A DNA stretch of 64,000 nt from Podarcis erhardii (lineage: Eukaryota), in assembly GCA_964252035.1 (NCBI GenBank), contig OZ176212.1; one strand, written 5' to 3'. Each line of letters begins with the position of its first letter. Position 1 is the first letter of the stretch. The notes below the pieces were generated by a model. The model ran no database searches. It was not told the origin of the DNA and saw nothing but the letters and a program-made list of their open reading frames with translations. The translations under genes and the position numbers were made by a program. This document shows, one piece after another, positions 43,801-58,800 of this stretch.

Positions 43801-46800
43801 TTTGATATTCATACCTGTCGCAGCCAGACTTGTGATAACATAACTGTGGAAGTGAAATAGAACCCCTACTGTAGTTCTTGGGTATAGTGAACTTTGGAAA
43901 ATAGACACTGGGAAGCTTAGACATCAAATCCACATGTCTGAAGGGCAAGTAGAATGGGATGTCTTTTTTGCAGAATGAAGTTTTTTATTTTTCATGCTAA
44001 TAAGCCTGATAGTACAAGGATGATATCAGCACTACATGACTCATTTTGGAAAAGTAATTAATGATTGGGGTGTCCAGGAAGGCACGATCATCTCACGTTG
44101 TTTGCATATTCCATCAGACCTCTGTCTGATGAATACGACACTGATGGTTTCCCTTTTCTATATTATACAATTTATGCACTGGCAGAGAATATTATGTTCC
44201 TTTGGCTGTCATATAGTTCTTGCTGTTGTTTTTTGTTCATTGGTGTTGCCGTTTGACTCATGCAAACAATTGTGGTTCTGAATAAAGTTTTTCAAAAACC
44301 TCAAGAAAGAAGAGTAAGGACCAAATAAAAGCAGTAAAAGAGGCTCAGAATCTTCAAATTATTTCATTTTTTCAAAAGTTACTCCATTCAGATGGTATGT
44401 CAATTTATAAAAAATTTGTCATGGTTTTAATTTATGTTTGCATGTGGATAATTACAGCATGTTCAGAAGCGGCTCAGATAATTTCAGCAACAGGTGAAGC
44501 TGTTTCCGTTCCAGCTCCAGGCATGCAGGAGACAGAACAGAGCAAAAGTCATGCGCCTCTTGAAGGAAAACACAAACCTCCTGACCTAGGTATTGTTTGG
44601 TTCTTTTTGCAAACTCCTGGCCTCTTTACTTTTGAAATTCTGAAAGAAAAGAACTTTGCAAAACTAGAGTTACATTCTGATGAATCCCTTTGTTTGTTCC
44701 ATTGTTCCCTCTGTGGCCGTATCAAATTTTAATCAAGATACATGAAGGAAAAGAGAATATATTTGTAAGTGATGATAGAATTCACCAGCGGTCAACACAT
44801 TTTGACTGGCTTCAATAGCTTAGCCAGAATCTCTGTTATAAGGACCTTCCTCCTGCCCTTCAAACAATCTTAATACAGTACATGTTTCTCTGGAAGAAAG
44901 CCATTTTTCTTTGCCCAATAAAGCTTACTCCCAGGTCAGGAAGTGACTGTAGAGTTGAAACCACAGGTGGCTTCCTCATGCTGTAACTCCATGGGATATT
45001 GAAGACAGTTTCTTCTCAGGTCCATATCTTGGAGATGGGAACAGGCAATCATTTTGGCCATTAACTAACCAAGGTGTCCTCAGCATCTTGGCTGCCCACA
45101 ACAGTCAGGTCCAGTTTGCCTTCTGGGGCCAGAGGAAAACGCACCACCAAAATGGGCTGTCTCAGCATACTCCTCTACCTTGAAGTGGGCAGGGGTTTTC
45201 TCTTTTGTTTCACTAAGCCCTTCAAAGTTCTGAATTGGTGCAGAGATGACCCCAGTTTGAAGCAAGAGAGGAAGGCTGGGGCTCTTTGTATTACACTTGT
45301 CAGAAGGCAAACAGAAATATGGAACATGGGTGGTTACGTTATAGTGTTAAGTTCTTGCTGATTTCTGAATGTAATGTCCTGGCCGAGCACATTGTCACCT
45401 TGCTGAATTTATTATTGCTACCGTATTTTTCGCTCTGTAAGATGCACCAGACCATAAGACGCACCTAGTTTTTGGAGGAAGAAAACAAAAAAAATTCCAG
45501 AATCCCAGAAGCCAGAACAGCAAGCGGGATTGCAGCGCAGCGATCCTGCTTGCTGTCCTGGCTTATGGGATAGCTGCGCGCAGCCTCTCCCGGGCAGGAG
45601 GATGAAGGCTCCCCCAAGAGCCACGCTCCCTTTAAAGAGTGCACGGAGCATGTGTGCGGTTCTTGGAGGCTTTTCCTCCACGCGGCTCTTTAAAGGGAGT
45701 GCTGAGCAGAGCCTCCCGTCTGCATTTGCTCCATAAGACACACACAACATTTCTCCTTACTTTTTAGGAGGGGAAAAGTGCATCTTACAGAGCGAAAAAT
45801 ACGGTAGGTGGATTGGTTTAATCATGGAGCATGACCAGCTCCATGAGATCAGTTTGTTGGCAAAATACACTTCTAGAACACTGACGTCTCGCCTGTTTCT
45901 TAACAGGGAAATAGCTGCCTTGTGAATAAACTTCTATCAATCTTGGTTTTCAGTGTTTTATTAAAATGTAAACCTTTATACCTAGGTGAAAAACGTGTAA
46001 AAGAGAGGCCAGCTGATGAGGTTGCAGCTCGTCTTGCAAAGCAAGATAAAGAGGAACAAGCGAAGGTTTCTGGTATGTAGGCAAACAGTATACCGTGGCA
46101 GTTTCAAGTTCGGCTTGCTTTTCAGCTGCAAGAGTAGCTGTGTATAAAGGTGGCTAGTTTTTTGAAGCTGAAAGCTGTTTTCATAAAATTTCACTTTGCC
46201 CTGTCAGCTTCGTCTTGGCATGAAAATGATCTACCTAGGGAAGGGTATACTTTGCCCACATTTTCAGAAAAATCCTATGAAGAATGTCTGGGTTGCAGTA
46301 GTTTAAGCAATTTGCTTTGGAGCGGAAGCATCTCTAACCATTCTTCTGCCCTCCCGGAATGTAACTGCAACTTATTTTGGTGTATAGATTTACAAATTAT
46401 TCAATTCCTGCCCTTAACTGCTATGTCATGTAAGCAGTGGAACCTGTTTTACAGTTTCACACCTTACATTCACTCGCAGCTTAGGCTCCGTGCAGTAATG
46501 CTTTCCCTCAGGTCTTTCAGTTGAAAGCCAATCAAAGCAAAAAATGTCTTCAATTGTTTCTGGAAAGTGCAGATAGTGGGCACATGTCATATCTCAACAG
46601 GAATGCTGTTCCACAGAATAGGAGCAGCTGCACTGAAAGCTCTTCTCCAAATTGCTGTAGAGTGGGTTTATCATATTTTTGGAACTTGTAGGAGACGTTC
46701 TCCTGCAGACTGCAATGACCTGGGTATACAGGAATAACCTGGTCTCTTAAGTAACCTAGTCCTTAGCTGTACATGGTTATATGTGTGGCTCAGGACCATA

Positions 46801-49800
46801 CAGTGGAACCTCGGTTCCCGAACGCCTCCATTGTCATACGTTTTGGTTCTCAAACACCAAAAAACCCAGAAGTAAATGCTTCCGTTTTCAAATGCTTTTC
46901 GGAACCTGAACATGCAATGCAGGTTCTGCTGAGTGCAAGAACCTCTTGCAACCAATGAGAAGCCACGCTTCATTTTTCGAACATTTCAGAAGCCAAGTGG
47001 TCTTCCCAAACAGATTTTGTTTGGGAACTGAGGTCCCACTGTAATACATAAACTACCTTTCCCATATGAACCAACCCAGATCCTGTGATCATAATCTCAG
47101 CCCCTTCTTCATGGGCCTGCTCCATGAGAGGTCTGGAGGGTGGCAACCTGTGAATGGGCCTTTCCTGTGCTGGCTCCCCATTCGTACAATGCTGTCGCCA
47201 GGGAGCATTACATTGTTTCATTACATATCTTTAGGCGCTAGGCAGAAATGTTCCTCTATAACTATGCCTTTGTCTGATTAAAAAATCTGTGGCCTTTTTC
47301 AAAGTGTGGGAGTTTGTTTCTTTAATTTTGATTCTGCATTTTTATGCTGTAAGCTGCCCTGTGATCTTCAGATGAAGGGTTGTATATAGATTTAATCAAG
47401 AAAATACAGTAAATTATATGTTAGCTCCAGCATCTTGAACTTGGCTTAGTAGCAGATTGGGCAGTCAATGCAAATGCACAAACGGGGGATAGTTTGCCCC
47501 CCGAAGCAGCCTAGCTGCCATAATCTGAGCCAGCGGCGTGGACCAGACGCCTATGGGAAGAAGGAAATATAAAACCGTGCTATGCAAGGTGAGAAGTGGA
47601 CAAGCCAAATTGTTTTACTTCTTCTCTCACCAGCTCTTGCAGCGACCTTGGAAAGTGCTTTGAATGGCACTGCTCGTGCAACCGTGCATGCGATTACACT
47701 CCAGGAGGCTGCCGTGCAGGCTGTCAATCTTCATGCCCAGAAGTTAAGAGAGGCTATGGATAATTCTGAGGTGTGTGTGTGTGTGTTTGCTTAATTACTT
47801 TAATTACTGCGTTTTTTCCAATGGGGCCTCCCCCCCAGAAATGGGTTGTAATCCAAAAAAATTGGGTTGTAATTAAAAAAAGGGACACACACTTCCGGGT
47901 TTGACGTGGTTGTAATCCAAAATGGTTGTAATCCAAAACGGTTGTAATCCAAAGTGGTTGCAAAACAAGGTACCACTGTACTTTGGTTTCTTCAACTATA
48001 TCTGAGAAGGTGACTCTCATGATACCTGGAAATTTTTACTCACTGATGGATGGATGGAGTTACTTGTTTCTGTATATACTGCTTCATCAGAGCATGATGT
48101 AGGTCTGATCTTCCTTTTCTGCTGCTTGTGTTACATCGTGCAGACTTATTTTCTGCTTGTGTAGAGAAACGTTTGTAAAAATACATGTTGCACAACAAAT
48201 TTGATGGCAAACTATAATCATTTTCCATGTTCTTTGTAAACGTGTAGAATTTATCAGATGAGGAGGCATCTGATAGATTTTTGGCAGTTTGTGTAAGTGT
48301 GTGCTGATTTCTAACAAGCAGTTAGAAACCTGAGAAATTGAGGCTGATTGTGCATTTTGCTAGGTTCCAAGTGATAAAAAGGCGACTCAGTGGAGGACGT
48401 TGGAGGAAGCATTGAAGGATCGCAGAAGAGCTGTAGATGAAGCTGCTGACGTCCTTTTAAAAGCCAAGTAAGATTTCTTAGCTTCAGCAGGAATCCGGTA
48501 GAAAGCAAACAATGGGATTTTATGAAATTAAGAAGATAAAAATAATAATAAAATGTTTAAATGTGACTAATAGAGCCTAATATGGGGCTATGCACGTAAA
48601 ATAGCTTTTTATGCAGACATCAAGCTTGATGTTCAGTGGTTAGGAATGGTAGGCTCAGCCCTCACCCCAAAAGCACTCCCAAACATGCCATGGACTGACA
48701 GATTTTATATTTCACGTTTTTCTTTTAACAGACAGTGAATATTAATATAGCTAATTGGTGGCTTCTGATTCTGTTTAGAGAAGAATTGGAGAAAACGAAG
48801 GAAGTGATTGATGGTGCCAAGAAGTCTCAGATTCCTGGGGCCAAGCCTCACATCCAAGCTGCAGAAGAGAACCTTCGTCATATGATTGTTGATCTGGACA
48901 ATGTCGTCAAAAAGGTAAACTTTGGCCAAATTAGCTTTAATGATTTCCAATTGAATGCTTATGAATATCCAGTTGGATGCTTATGAATATGATTTCCAGT
49001 TGGATATTTATTCACATTATGAATATAACAGAGCACTTGAGTACTTGTGAGATTGTCTTTGGGATATCAGAGCATCTGAGAACTAACCCCATCTTCTAAA
49101 CTGTTGTATTTGAACCATAAGGAAGTAGAGAGTGGCGAAAAAGTCTTATGACTTTTTTACGTTGGCAGAATCTGTGATATGAGTTGTACAGGGCTTGAGG
49201 CATGATAGTCATTGGGTAGAGCCAGTGCTCCCCCCCCCCTAAAAAAATGTTTGTGGTACTCTCATTTTCCTACTCATGTTGAAATACTGCCCCTCAATGA
49301 GGCCAAACTTAGATTCACAAAATGTTTAGGGGTATGTGTCCTCCCAGAAAAAAATCACTGGGTACAGCACATAAAGGCACAGTTATACTCAGAGAGAGAT
49401 GGCACTATGCTGATTTTTCTTGGCCTCAAGCCTAAGATTCAGGGAACCTTTTTGTGTACAGGCAACCTCTCATTTATGCATGTTCAATATGTGCGCAACT
49501 GCACATACGTATTGCGCCGAATTTGGAAGCGACCCCGAAAGGGGCGTGGTGGGGGCAGAACAGGGTGTTTGCAGAATTTCTCAATTATATTTCATATATA
49601 CGCAATTTCACTTGAATGTGTGGTGCCTTGGAATTTAACTTCTGGGTAAATTGGGAGTTACCTGTATTTGCTCAGCTCTTTGTCACTCTCCTTAAGATAT
49701 TTCAAAATCAATGTTGTAGGCTGTGGTTTTTACGGCTGCTTGCTAATGAAGTATTAGTGACCACTTGTGATCAGGCACAGTAGCTCTCAGTGCATGTGTC

Positions 49801-52800
49801 TCTTAAGCTTCTGGAAACAGGAGAGACTACATCTCTTTTTAGAACTGCTCTTTGTGATTTAACTTAGTAAGCTTGTTCAGGTAATCTGTTTATTAAGCTG
49901 AGAACAGCACAAGCCTTTTGCCTGTGCATGGAGCCGCTTTGCTCCTTCCTCTGCACCAAACAAGTAGGAAGCCTCTAATTAACTGTAACCCCCCCATTCA
50001 CCCAAATTGGAAAAACCATGGTTACCAACTTTGGAAGAAGCTAATAGTAAACCTTAGTTGAATATCCTGGCTTGTTCAGAAGCCAGTAATCATTGTTTCC
50101 TGGATCGGATGAAATGGAAAAATGTGGCTAATTTTGAGTTTCCTGGTTTTTTCACTGCCAAATATATGCAGGCAAGACTTGTGCCAATTTTGCTTTAGCT
50201 GCTCTTATTTTGTAACTTTAAAAAAATGTGTTTTGGTTCTGATTTTTGTAATGTACCAAACAGAGTAAAAATGTTTAAACTAATGAACCAGTTAGTGGCT
50301 ATGCAGTATTTTAATGTCCCTGTTCCTTATCTCCTCTGTCTTTAAGAGGGATAAAATGTCTGCCTGTATAGGCTTTCTGTTGAAATGTGATTCCTCTTCC
50401 TTCCTTTTATTAGATTCCATATGCAATGCAAATGTAGTTGTCCTAGTTTAGGTCTTTCAAGTTAAAAAAATATCAAATATTTTGTTTCCGCTCTGAACAT
50501 TAAGTACATTCAGATGAGTATATTGTATAAAAGCCCTTGCAAGTACTCCTCCCTGCTTTAACTACATGCTTTTACAATTAGACCTTTGCCCTAATTTCCA
50601 GCTGTGTATGTAATGCAGTGACTTCTGGTGTCTGTAAAGAGTGGTTAATGAATTTGAATGAGTATTAGACTATTACAGTGGTACCTCAGGTTAAGTACTT
50701 AATTCGTTCTGGAGGTCCGTTCTTAACCTGAAACTGTTCTTAACCTGAAGCACCACTTTAGCTAATGGGGCCTCCCGCTGCGCCGCCGTCATGCAATTTC
50801 TTTTCTTATCCTGAAGCAAAGTTCTTAACCCGAGGTACTATTTCTCGGTTAGTGGAGTCTGTAACCACAAGCGTCTGTAACCCAAGGTACCACTGTATTT
50901 CATTTTTAATCTTCATTATCTTGCCAGCTAGAAATATTTGCAGTGCCTGCCTTAAGAATTTTTTCCTTTTCTCTATTTATTCCTTAGGTTCAAGCAGCCC
51001 AGTCAGAAGCTAAAATAGTAACTCAGTACCATGAACTTGTAACCAAAGCAAGAGAAGAATTTCAGAAAGAGCTTGATAGCGTTACTCCAGAAGTTCAGTC
51101 TGGTTGGAAGGGACTAAGTAAGTAATATGTTTAGTTGTGGTCCTGACCATCTCTACTGGTACGCCAAAGTTTAGAGCACTAAATAAAACTTTCATTGATT
51201 TCCCAATTTGGCCCAGGAGCCCATTCCTCACAAAACACACCTAACATAATATGTGATGTCAGGTGTGGGGGCAGGTACAGACATTTACAAAGGAACAATT
51301 AGGAACTTAAAGGGAGCTCTTGATTGTTCCTTTGCAAGCAGGGCTCTCTTGTCACTTTGATCAACTATATTATAGTGGTCCTTGTTTGGGAACTTACGGG
51401 TTTGGTGCACAGTCACACATAAATTGGGCATGGCTAAAACGTTTGCTGCCTTATATATTTGAGCTTTTAATAAGCAGAGGGGGTTGGGGTCAAAAATTAA
51501 AATGGGGAAAAGCTAAAAGCATTTAAAAACCATAAATTAGAAGTAAAAGAAAAAGTGTGTTCGTTAACCAAGATAAAGTCTGATTGTTTTACAGAAAAAA
51601 CAAGAGAGGCGGGATATGTACATTTCCTTAATAAATAGAACACATTTCTGTTGGAACAGTAGTTATGAGAGTTTGTTTCCTTCACTCTGCTCTCATCTAA
51701 GTATTTAATAGAAAGAGAGTAAAGGAATAACAGATAATCAATGGCTGAATAACACATTTGAAGGGATTGTGTGCCTGTGCTCTCAGTTTATCTGAATTGG
51801 GACACTAAGTTGTACCTCCTCAGAAGGGAGTATAATAATATTTTCAAGGTGGGTATCAGCATGCACACTCTAGCACTGTTCGCACTTTTTAAAAGTGCAT
51901 GAAATCTGGGCTTTTTGAGTTTGGTGGGGTCTGATAAAGCTTTTCTGAAGGACAGAAGACCTTGGGGGCGGGGGAAACACCAGGCGCCCTTCGCCCTCTC
52001 CAATTAATGGCTGTAATTAACTTAGATTATTGTAAGCCTCCACACTTCAGCATGGCCCAAATGGTTTTATGAAATGAGCAATTCCATGCTGTACTTTCAA
52101 GTATACTCTTTATTAATGATTGAATTGTCTGCTTGCATCTGTGCTCTTCCACTCCTGCATGCTTCTAACGGCTCGTTGATCTGCTTCTGTGGACATGCTT
52201 TAATTTTTCCAAACCTTCCATTTTCTCTTGCAGAGATAACTGATATCGGTGAGTTCTTTTCTCATTTCTGCTTTCTGTATACGCTGTGTGCCTTGTGCAT
52301 TTCTTCTTGGGAATGGGATGGCAAGTACATGTATCCAGGTTGCTTCAATTGTTTGGCTTTTTACTTCTAAGAGTAACTAGAGGCTCTAGTTTGGTGTGTT
52401 ACTAAAAAGAAGATGATCTGTTTTGACAGTCACAAGGCTGTGAGTGTAGATAATCATCAGTGCACCTCTAGTTATATGTGATGGTGGCCTGAGTAAAAAC
52501 ATATCCTTAAGCTGTCTGCAGATGACTGTTTTACAGATGGCTGGAATGTAGGACTGAACGTAAAAAACGGTCACTGTTAGACCTATGCCACCAACCTTCA
52601 TTCCCTTTGAGAAAATCTACTATAGCAGAAGAGTCAGCTATTAAAGCCCCAAAACATCTGTTTCTGCTTACACCAACCCCTCTGTAGACTAGGCAAATTG
52701 ACCAGTGGGGAGCATGTTGCAGTAAATACCCATCTTGTATATCATGCATGTACATACTACACAAATACTATGCATTGGGTGGTTCATGCTTCTCAACGTT

Positions 52801-55800
52801 AAGTTATAGCTGACATTGGAGAGAGGCTTGCTTAGGATAAACTAGATACTTGTGTGCTGTAAGAACCTCCAATATCAAACCAGTTTTAACATGACTGTGT
52901 TTGCCAGCAGACTTCATCCTTTATTTTCATCCCAAAATATTTGCTGCAGTATTCTTTTCAGCTATTCCAGTGTTTCATTTGGCTCTTTGAGAAATGAAAG
53001 TACAGTGCACAAATTTACTTCTTAACATCATTTTAACGGTAGTTGGTTGACTCCATGAGACCGTTTAGAAATCCCTCATTTAAGCTCCCTCCACTAATGC
53101 AATTTTTGTCCTTTCTTTTTCACATGAACCCACAAAGTATATGCTATTTTTGTTTTGTTTTGTTTTTTGTTTTGTTTTGCTTGAGATGATCTTTGGGTAA
53201 GAAAGTACACTTGTAAAGTATATTTTTGCTTTTATTTGGTTAGGTCAGTGGGCATCACCTTTTTCCTCCTTTCATTTAATACTAGTCCCAGGCCCCAAAA
53301 GCTATCCTGAAATTTTAGACTCAACACAGATGACGTCCTGCTTCTAGGTATAAGAACTATAATGAGAGAAGCTTAATTTGGTGAACATTTTCTTTGAAAA
53401 GCACAGAAACCCCTCTTGGGTTTCCGACCTGGTAGCTTTCTTTTGAATGAACAGCATTATCCCGTGTTCTGAACCAAGGGGAATATGCAGTCATATTTGA
53501 CCAATCACATCAGTTTAAAATATTGTCTATTACCTGTTTTGCTCATGCAGATAATTAGATTATAAAGGTCTGGTGTCCTTTTTACAGTCTGCTGTATCTT
53601 AACTGTCTTCTCTCTTCAGCTGGCAAGCTGACAACAGACGACTTGAACTCTCTCATTGCTCATGCTCACCGACGTATAGACCAACTCAACAAGGAGCTGG
53701 TGGAGTTGAGAGTCCGAGAACAGCAGCACATTGAGACAGCCCTAGAAAAGCAGAAACTGGAAGATAAAAAAGCTTTTGAGTCAGCGGTGGCAAAGGCACT
53801 AGAACGTCATAAGAGTGAAATCCAAACTGAACAGGAAAAGAAGGTAAGCACTGTTCTTATTTTCCAGTCTTGTCGCGAGCATTCTCTGGGCCTGTATGCA
53901 TGCAGCTGCACACACAATGTTTTTAGTCGTTTGAAAGGGAAGAACACAGAACGTTAATTCTGCTGAGTAATATGAGCAGATGTCCGTACAGCTTTGTACA
54001 CTCTGGATCTGGTTCTCAATAGGTTTTTAGTACATTCAGTTACTCGGTTGCGCTGCCCAGGGACCCACCTTAGACACAAGATCCATCTACCAGCAGACAC
54101 AGTCAAGGGAAGCATTTGGACCAATTAATAAGTGGAGCTGGCTGCAGCAACCAAGACAGCTAAGCAGTTGCTGTGATGCGGGTTGTTCAGAAATAAGGTG
54201 CAGATCCTGGCAAATTTATGGGAAAAGGCCATTCTCTGTGCATCATCAAACCAGTATGACCATGCACCCATCTAAAAACTTTTTAACTGTCTTCTTCGGT
54301 CACTAATAAGTCTTGTAAAAATCCCGAAAAAGTTGCTCCTTTAAGAAAATAATGTACCTGCATTTTATTGTAAAAGAAGGAAACATAAGAAAGTGTTCAA
54401 CAAGTTTTCTTGTTTTCTTGTATGCACTCCCTTTAACCTCCCCAGCGTATTTGCAGTGAGACACCTTTTTTCGCTTTTGTGACTTTTTCAATTAGACTTC
54501 GGAGGACAGATTCATTTTAAGCCTGTTTTGCTTTCAAAAGCACTCTTAGCTCTTTTTAAAGATGGAAAAGGCAGTCAGAAATTTCAAAATGGTTGTTGTA
54601 GCGACAAGTTCAGCAATGTATTAGTTCACGTGACACAGCACTGTTTACCAGGGTTTTGTAGATCTCTTAGGGGATAGGTCCCATTTCTTAGATAAAATTG
54701 CTCTTTGTCCAGTGGCTCAGGTGTGGGTATTTTCCCTGTAAGATCAGCTAATTACATTGGCCCCAATAGGCTACAAAGTGGTGACTGCTAGTGACTTTTT
54801 GGCAGGTTGAAGAAGCCAGAGAAGTAATGGAGACTGAAATGAGGACTCAGCTCCGCCGGCAGGCTGCTGCACATGCTGATCATTTGAGAGATGTGCTCAA
54901 AATCCAAGAGCAAGAACTCAAGCTGCAATTTGACCAGGTGGGATTTGTGATATGATTGTGAAGGGTCCGTTGGCTTTGAGTGTAGCGTTTTGCTTCACTA
55001 TAGTCTCAAAAGACTTGCCTTTTTAATGTATTTTCAATGCATTTTTAATCTTTTGTTGGAAGCTGCCCAGAGTGATTGGGGAAACCCAGCCAGATGGGTG
55101 GGGTATAAAGATTAAATTGTTGTTGTTGTTGTTGTTGTTGCTGTTGCTGTTGCTGTTGTTGTTGTTATTGCCTTCTTAAAATCTTGATCCCAGCCATGAT
55201 AATGCAGAAGTGCCATTGATCTAAGCTGAAGTTGTTTCTATGTAAGTGCTTAAGATTGTGCATTTGTAGATTTATTTCCGCTGACCTCAGCAAACACATT
55301 ATTTAATTCCAAGTATATGTGGGACAATATGTTTTATTACATACTCGATGACCTAAATCCGATTCTAGGCACAAAGGTGGCAATAATTCTTTGTTGTAGT
55401 GTGGCTTTTTCTTTTCTCTCAAATAGGCACTAAAAATCTGACATCTTTAGAAATGGTTCTTAAGAAGATGATGGCTGGTGTAGCAGCATTCGAAGCTCCC
55501 AGGCGTGTTTTGCGACAGGGAATTTCATTAATGTGAGCAGTTTCTGAGCTCTGGGCACAGTAGTGCACTTAAAATTTTAGAAAACTGCCACTGAGGACCT
55601 TTTTCTGAAGACTGGAGAAGGGACCCGCATAAGAATATTAAGGGGGTGGGCAGTAGAAGTATATATTTTTTTGCAGTCTTACAATGAGAACTAGACGATG
55701 CGAAAAATGAACATACGATTTTAGCTGCAGTTCATTCATTTTCAGCTTTGTATTGTTATAAAAAAGTGCACCTAGACACTCCATTGTGGCGCCCATAACC

Positions 55801-58800
55801 TAGGTTTAAGGTGCTGTTTAGCTCCTAGCTTTCATATCTCAATTTCTAACATTGTGGTGTACTCACCTTGGGAAGATGATAGTGTTCATGAAATCTTATT
55901 TTGATACTGTGTTTGGTTTCAGGACTTGTCGGAAAAACTCAGTGAACAAGAAATGCAGTATAAACGCCTTACTCAGGAACAGCTTGACAATTTCACTCTG
56001 GACATCAACACAGCCTATGCCAGGCTGAGAGGAATTGAGCAGGCCGTTGAAAGTGAGTATGGGAAATCTGACAGGAGTGTTGCTGTCTGGCTAATTTCGT
56101 TTTCTGATTGAGTAACCCTGGTCTAGGGACGCCGATCAGAAGGTCACCGGTTCGAATCCCCAAGACGGGGTGAGCTCCCGTTGCTCAGTCCCTGCTCCTG
56201 CCAACCTAGCAGTTCGAAAGCACGTCAAAGTGCAAGTAGATAAATAGGTACCACTCCGGCGGGAAGGTAAACGGCATTTCTGTGTGCTGCTCTGGTTCGC
56301 CAGAAGCGGCTTAGTCATACTGGCCACATGACCCGGAAGCTGTACGCCGGCTCCCTTGGCCAGTAAAGCGAGATGAGCGCCGCAACCCCAGAGTCGGCCA
56401 CGACTGGACCTAATGGTCAGGGGTCCCTTTATCTTTACCTTTAACCCTGATCTATCATACTAGCTCCAAGCATGCCAAAGCCCTGGAACCTGGATGGTTG
56501 GTTGGAATGGTGAGAGGCAGTCCCTGTAGCTGATCCCTTTGTTGTACACAAAGAGGCAGATGCAACCGCTTGCACTGATTGTGGGAACAAATTGTGATCT
56601 CCCTCTGCTTCATGTGCAGCTCTCTGCTGCTGATGGTATTCAACTACAGTGGTACCTCAGGTTAAGAACTTAATTTGTTCTGGAGGTCCGTTCTTAACCT
56701 GAAACTGTTCTTAACCTGAAGCACCACCTTAGCTAATGGGGCTGCCATGCAATTTCTTTTTTTATCCTGAAGCAAAGTTCTTAACCCGAGGTACTATTTC
56801 TGGGTTAGCGGAGTCTGTAACCTGAAGCGTGTGTAACCTGAAGTGCATGTAACCCGAGGCATGGTAGTACCATTTAATTATTTAATTCAGAATATATACA
56901 GTGGTACCTTGTGTTACATATGCTTCAGGTTACAGACGATGAGAACAGAAATCATGCGGCGGTGCAGCAGCAGGAGGCCCCCATTAGCTAAAGTGGTACC
57001 TCAGGTTGAGAACAGTTTCAGGTTAAGAATGGACCTCCAGAACGAATTTTACTGAATACACCACTGACCTTATTGGACCTAACTTGCTAATTTCAGAGGG
57101 TCTGCTCCACACCAAAATTCTGGCATGACCCTTTGTGAATTGGGAGCGGGCTGAAGGACTTTGCAACGATGTGATACACTCAAGCTGAAAATGCTAGACC
57201 TGGATAACTCTGGTTCTTTTTCATCGTATGTGATGTATTTAGGGGAGGCCTCAAGAGTTACCGTATTTTTTGCCCTATAGGGCGCACCGGCCCATAGGGC
57301 ACACCTAGTTTTTTTTTTGGGGGGGGGAAATAAAGAAAAAAATTTATTTCCCCCCCAGGCGCGGGGCTGGGGAAGCCCGAGCTTCCCCCGACCTCAGCCC
57401 CCAGAACAGGGTGCTATCCGCAAGCCTGGGGCGACCGGCGGGAACTCCCACGGGCTCCCAAGGCTTGTGGATAGCTTCCTGAAGCCTGGAGAGTGAGAGA
57501 GGGTCGGTGCGCACCGACCCCTCTCGCTCTCCAGGCTTCAGCGAAAGCCTGCATTCGCCCCATAGGACGCACACACATTTCCACTTCATTTTTGGAGGGG
57601 GAAAAGTGCGTCCTATAGGGCGAAAAATACGGTAATCTCCAGCCACTAAAGAGAGAATTGCCAGGCGAAATCAGCAAAGGCTCAGGCACACTTTCCTCCT
57701 CTTCTCTATGACAGAATGTGGTGGGAAGGTGCTTCCCTTCTGCAGATAACATCCATAGGCCTTGGAAAGGCCAGATCTCAATAGATGCTTTGCTTGCTCC
57801 TGCAGGCTGCCAAAGGACCAGTCTGCACAGCAGGATTTGCCAGCCTGGTTCCCCCAGGCTTTGGACTAGAAATCCCAACAGCCACAGACAGGTTGGCGGA
57901 GCCTGCTATACATAAACAGCTTTAAGCAAGCTGAGGCCCACCTTAATTTGAGAGCTGGTGCAGCGCATGGGATATGAAATTTGACTTGTGATGTCACTGG
58001 CTCAGGTGTATCCTGTTGCAAGCCATCATTCTGTCCGAGCCATGCACTGAAGTACAGTGGTACCTCGGGTTACATACGCTTCAGGTTACATACTCCGCTA
58101 ACCCAGAAATAGTGCTTCAGGTTAAGAACTTTGCTTCAGGATGAGAACAGAAATTGTGCTCCGGTGGTGTGGCGGCAGCGGGAGGCCCCATTAGCTAAAG
58201 TGGTGCTTCAGGTTAAGAACGGACCTCCAGAACGAATTAAGTACTTAACCCGAGGTACCACTGTACTGATCTCACCCTACAAAGTTACTTCTGTTGGGGT
58301 TCTTGAGCTAATGTATGAGCCACTTAATCACTGTTTAAAAGTGGACTTTCTGTTAAGCCACTGTGGGATTTTATGTTACAGGCCATGCTGTTGCTGAGGA
58401 GGAAGCCAGGAAGGCCCATCAGCTGTGGCTTTCGGTTGAAGCTCTGAAGCAAAGTATGAAAACTGCTTCTGGAGACAGCCCCACCGAGCCCCTGGAGAGT
58501 GCAGTAGAAGCCATCCAGGCCAGCTGTTCTGACAACACGTTCACCCAGGCCTTAACAGCTGCGCTTCCGCGGGAATCGCTCAGTCGAGGAGTGTACACGG
58601 AAGAGGCACTAAGGGCACGCTTCCACACTGTCCAAAAGCTGGCGAAGAGGGTGGCCTTGATAGACGAAACGAGAAACAGCTTGTATCAATACTTCCTCTC
58701 TTACCTTCAATCGCTTCTCCTCATGCACCCTCAGCAGCTGAAGCCGCCTTCTGAGCTAGGCCCCGAAGACCTGGACACATTTAAGTTGCTCTCTTATGCA

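Noticed and set aside
45074-45361. 95-aa ORF in IMMT intron 5 as an alternative exon
   Set aside because: No similarity to MIC60 and no convincing phase-compatible splice sites.
47830-47960. GGTTGTAATCCAAA repeats as an independent array
   Set aside because: They are subterminal repeats of a Tc1/mariner MITE end.
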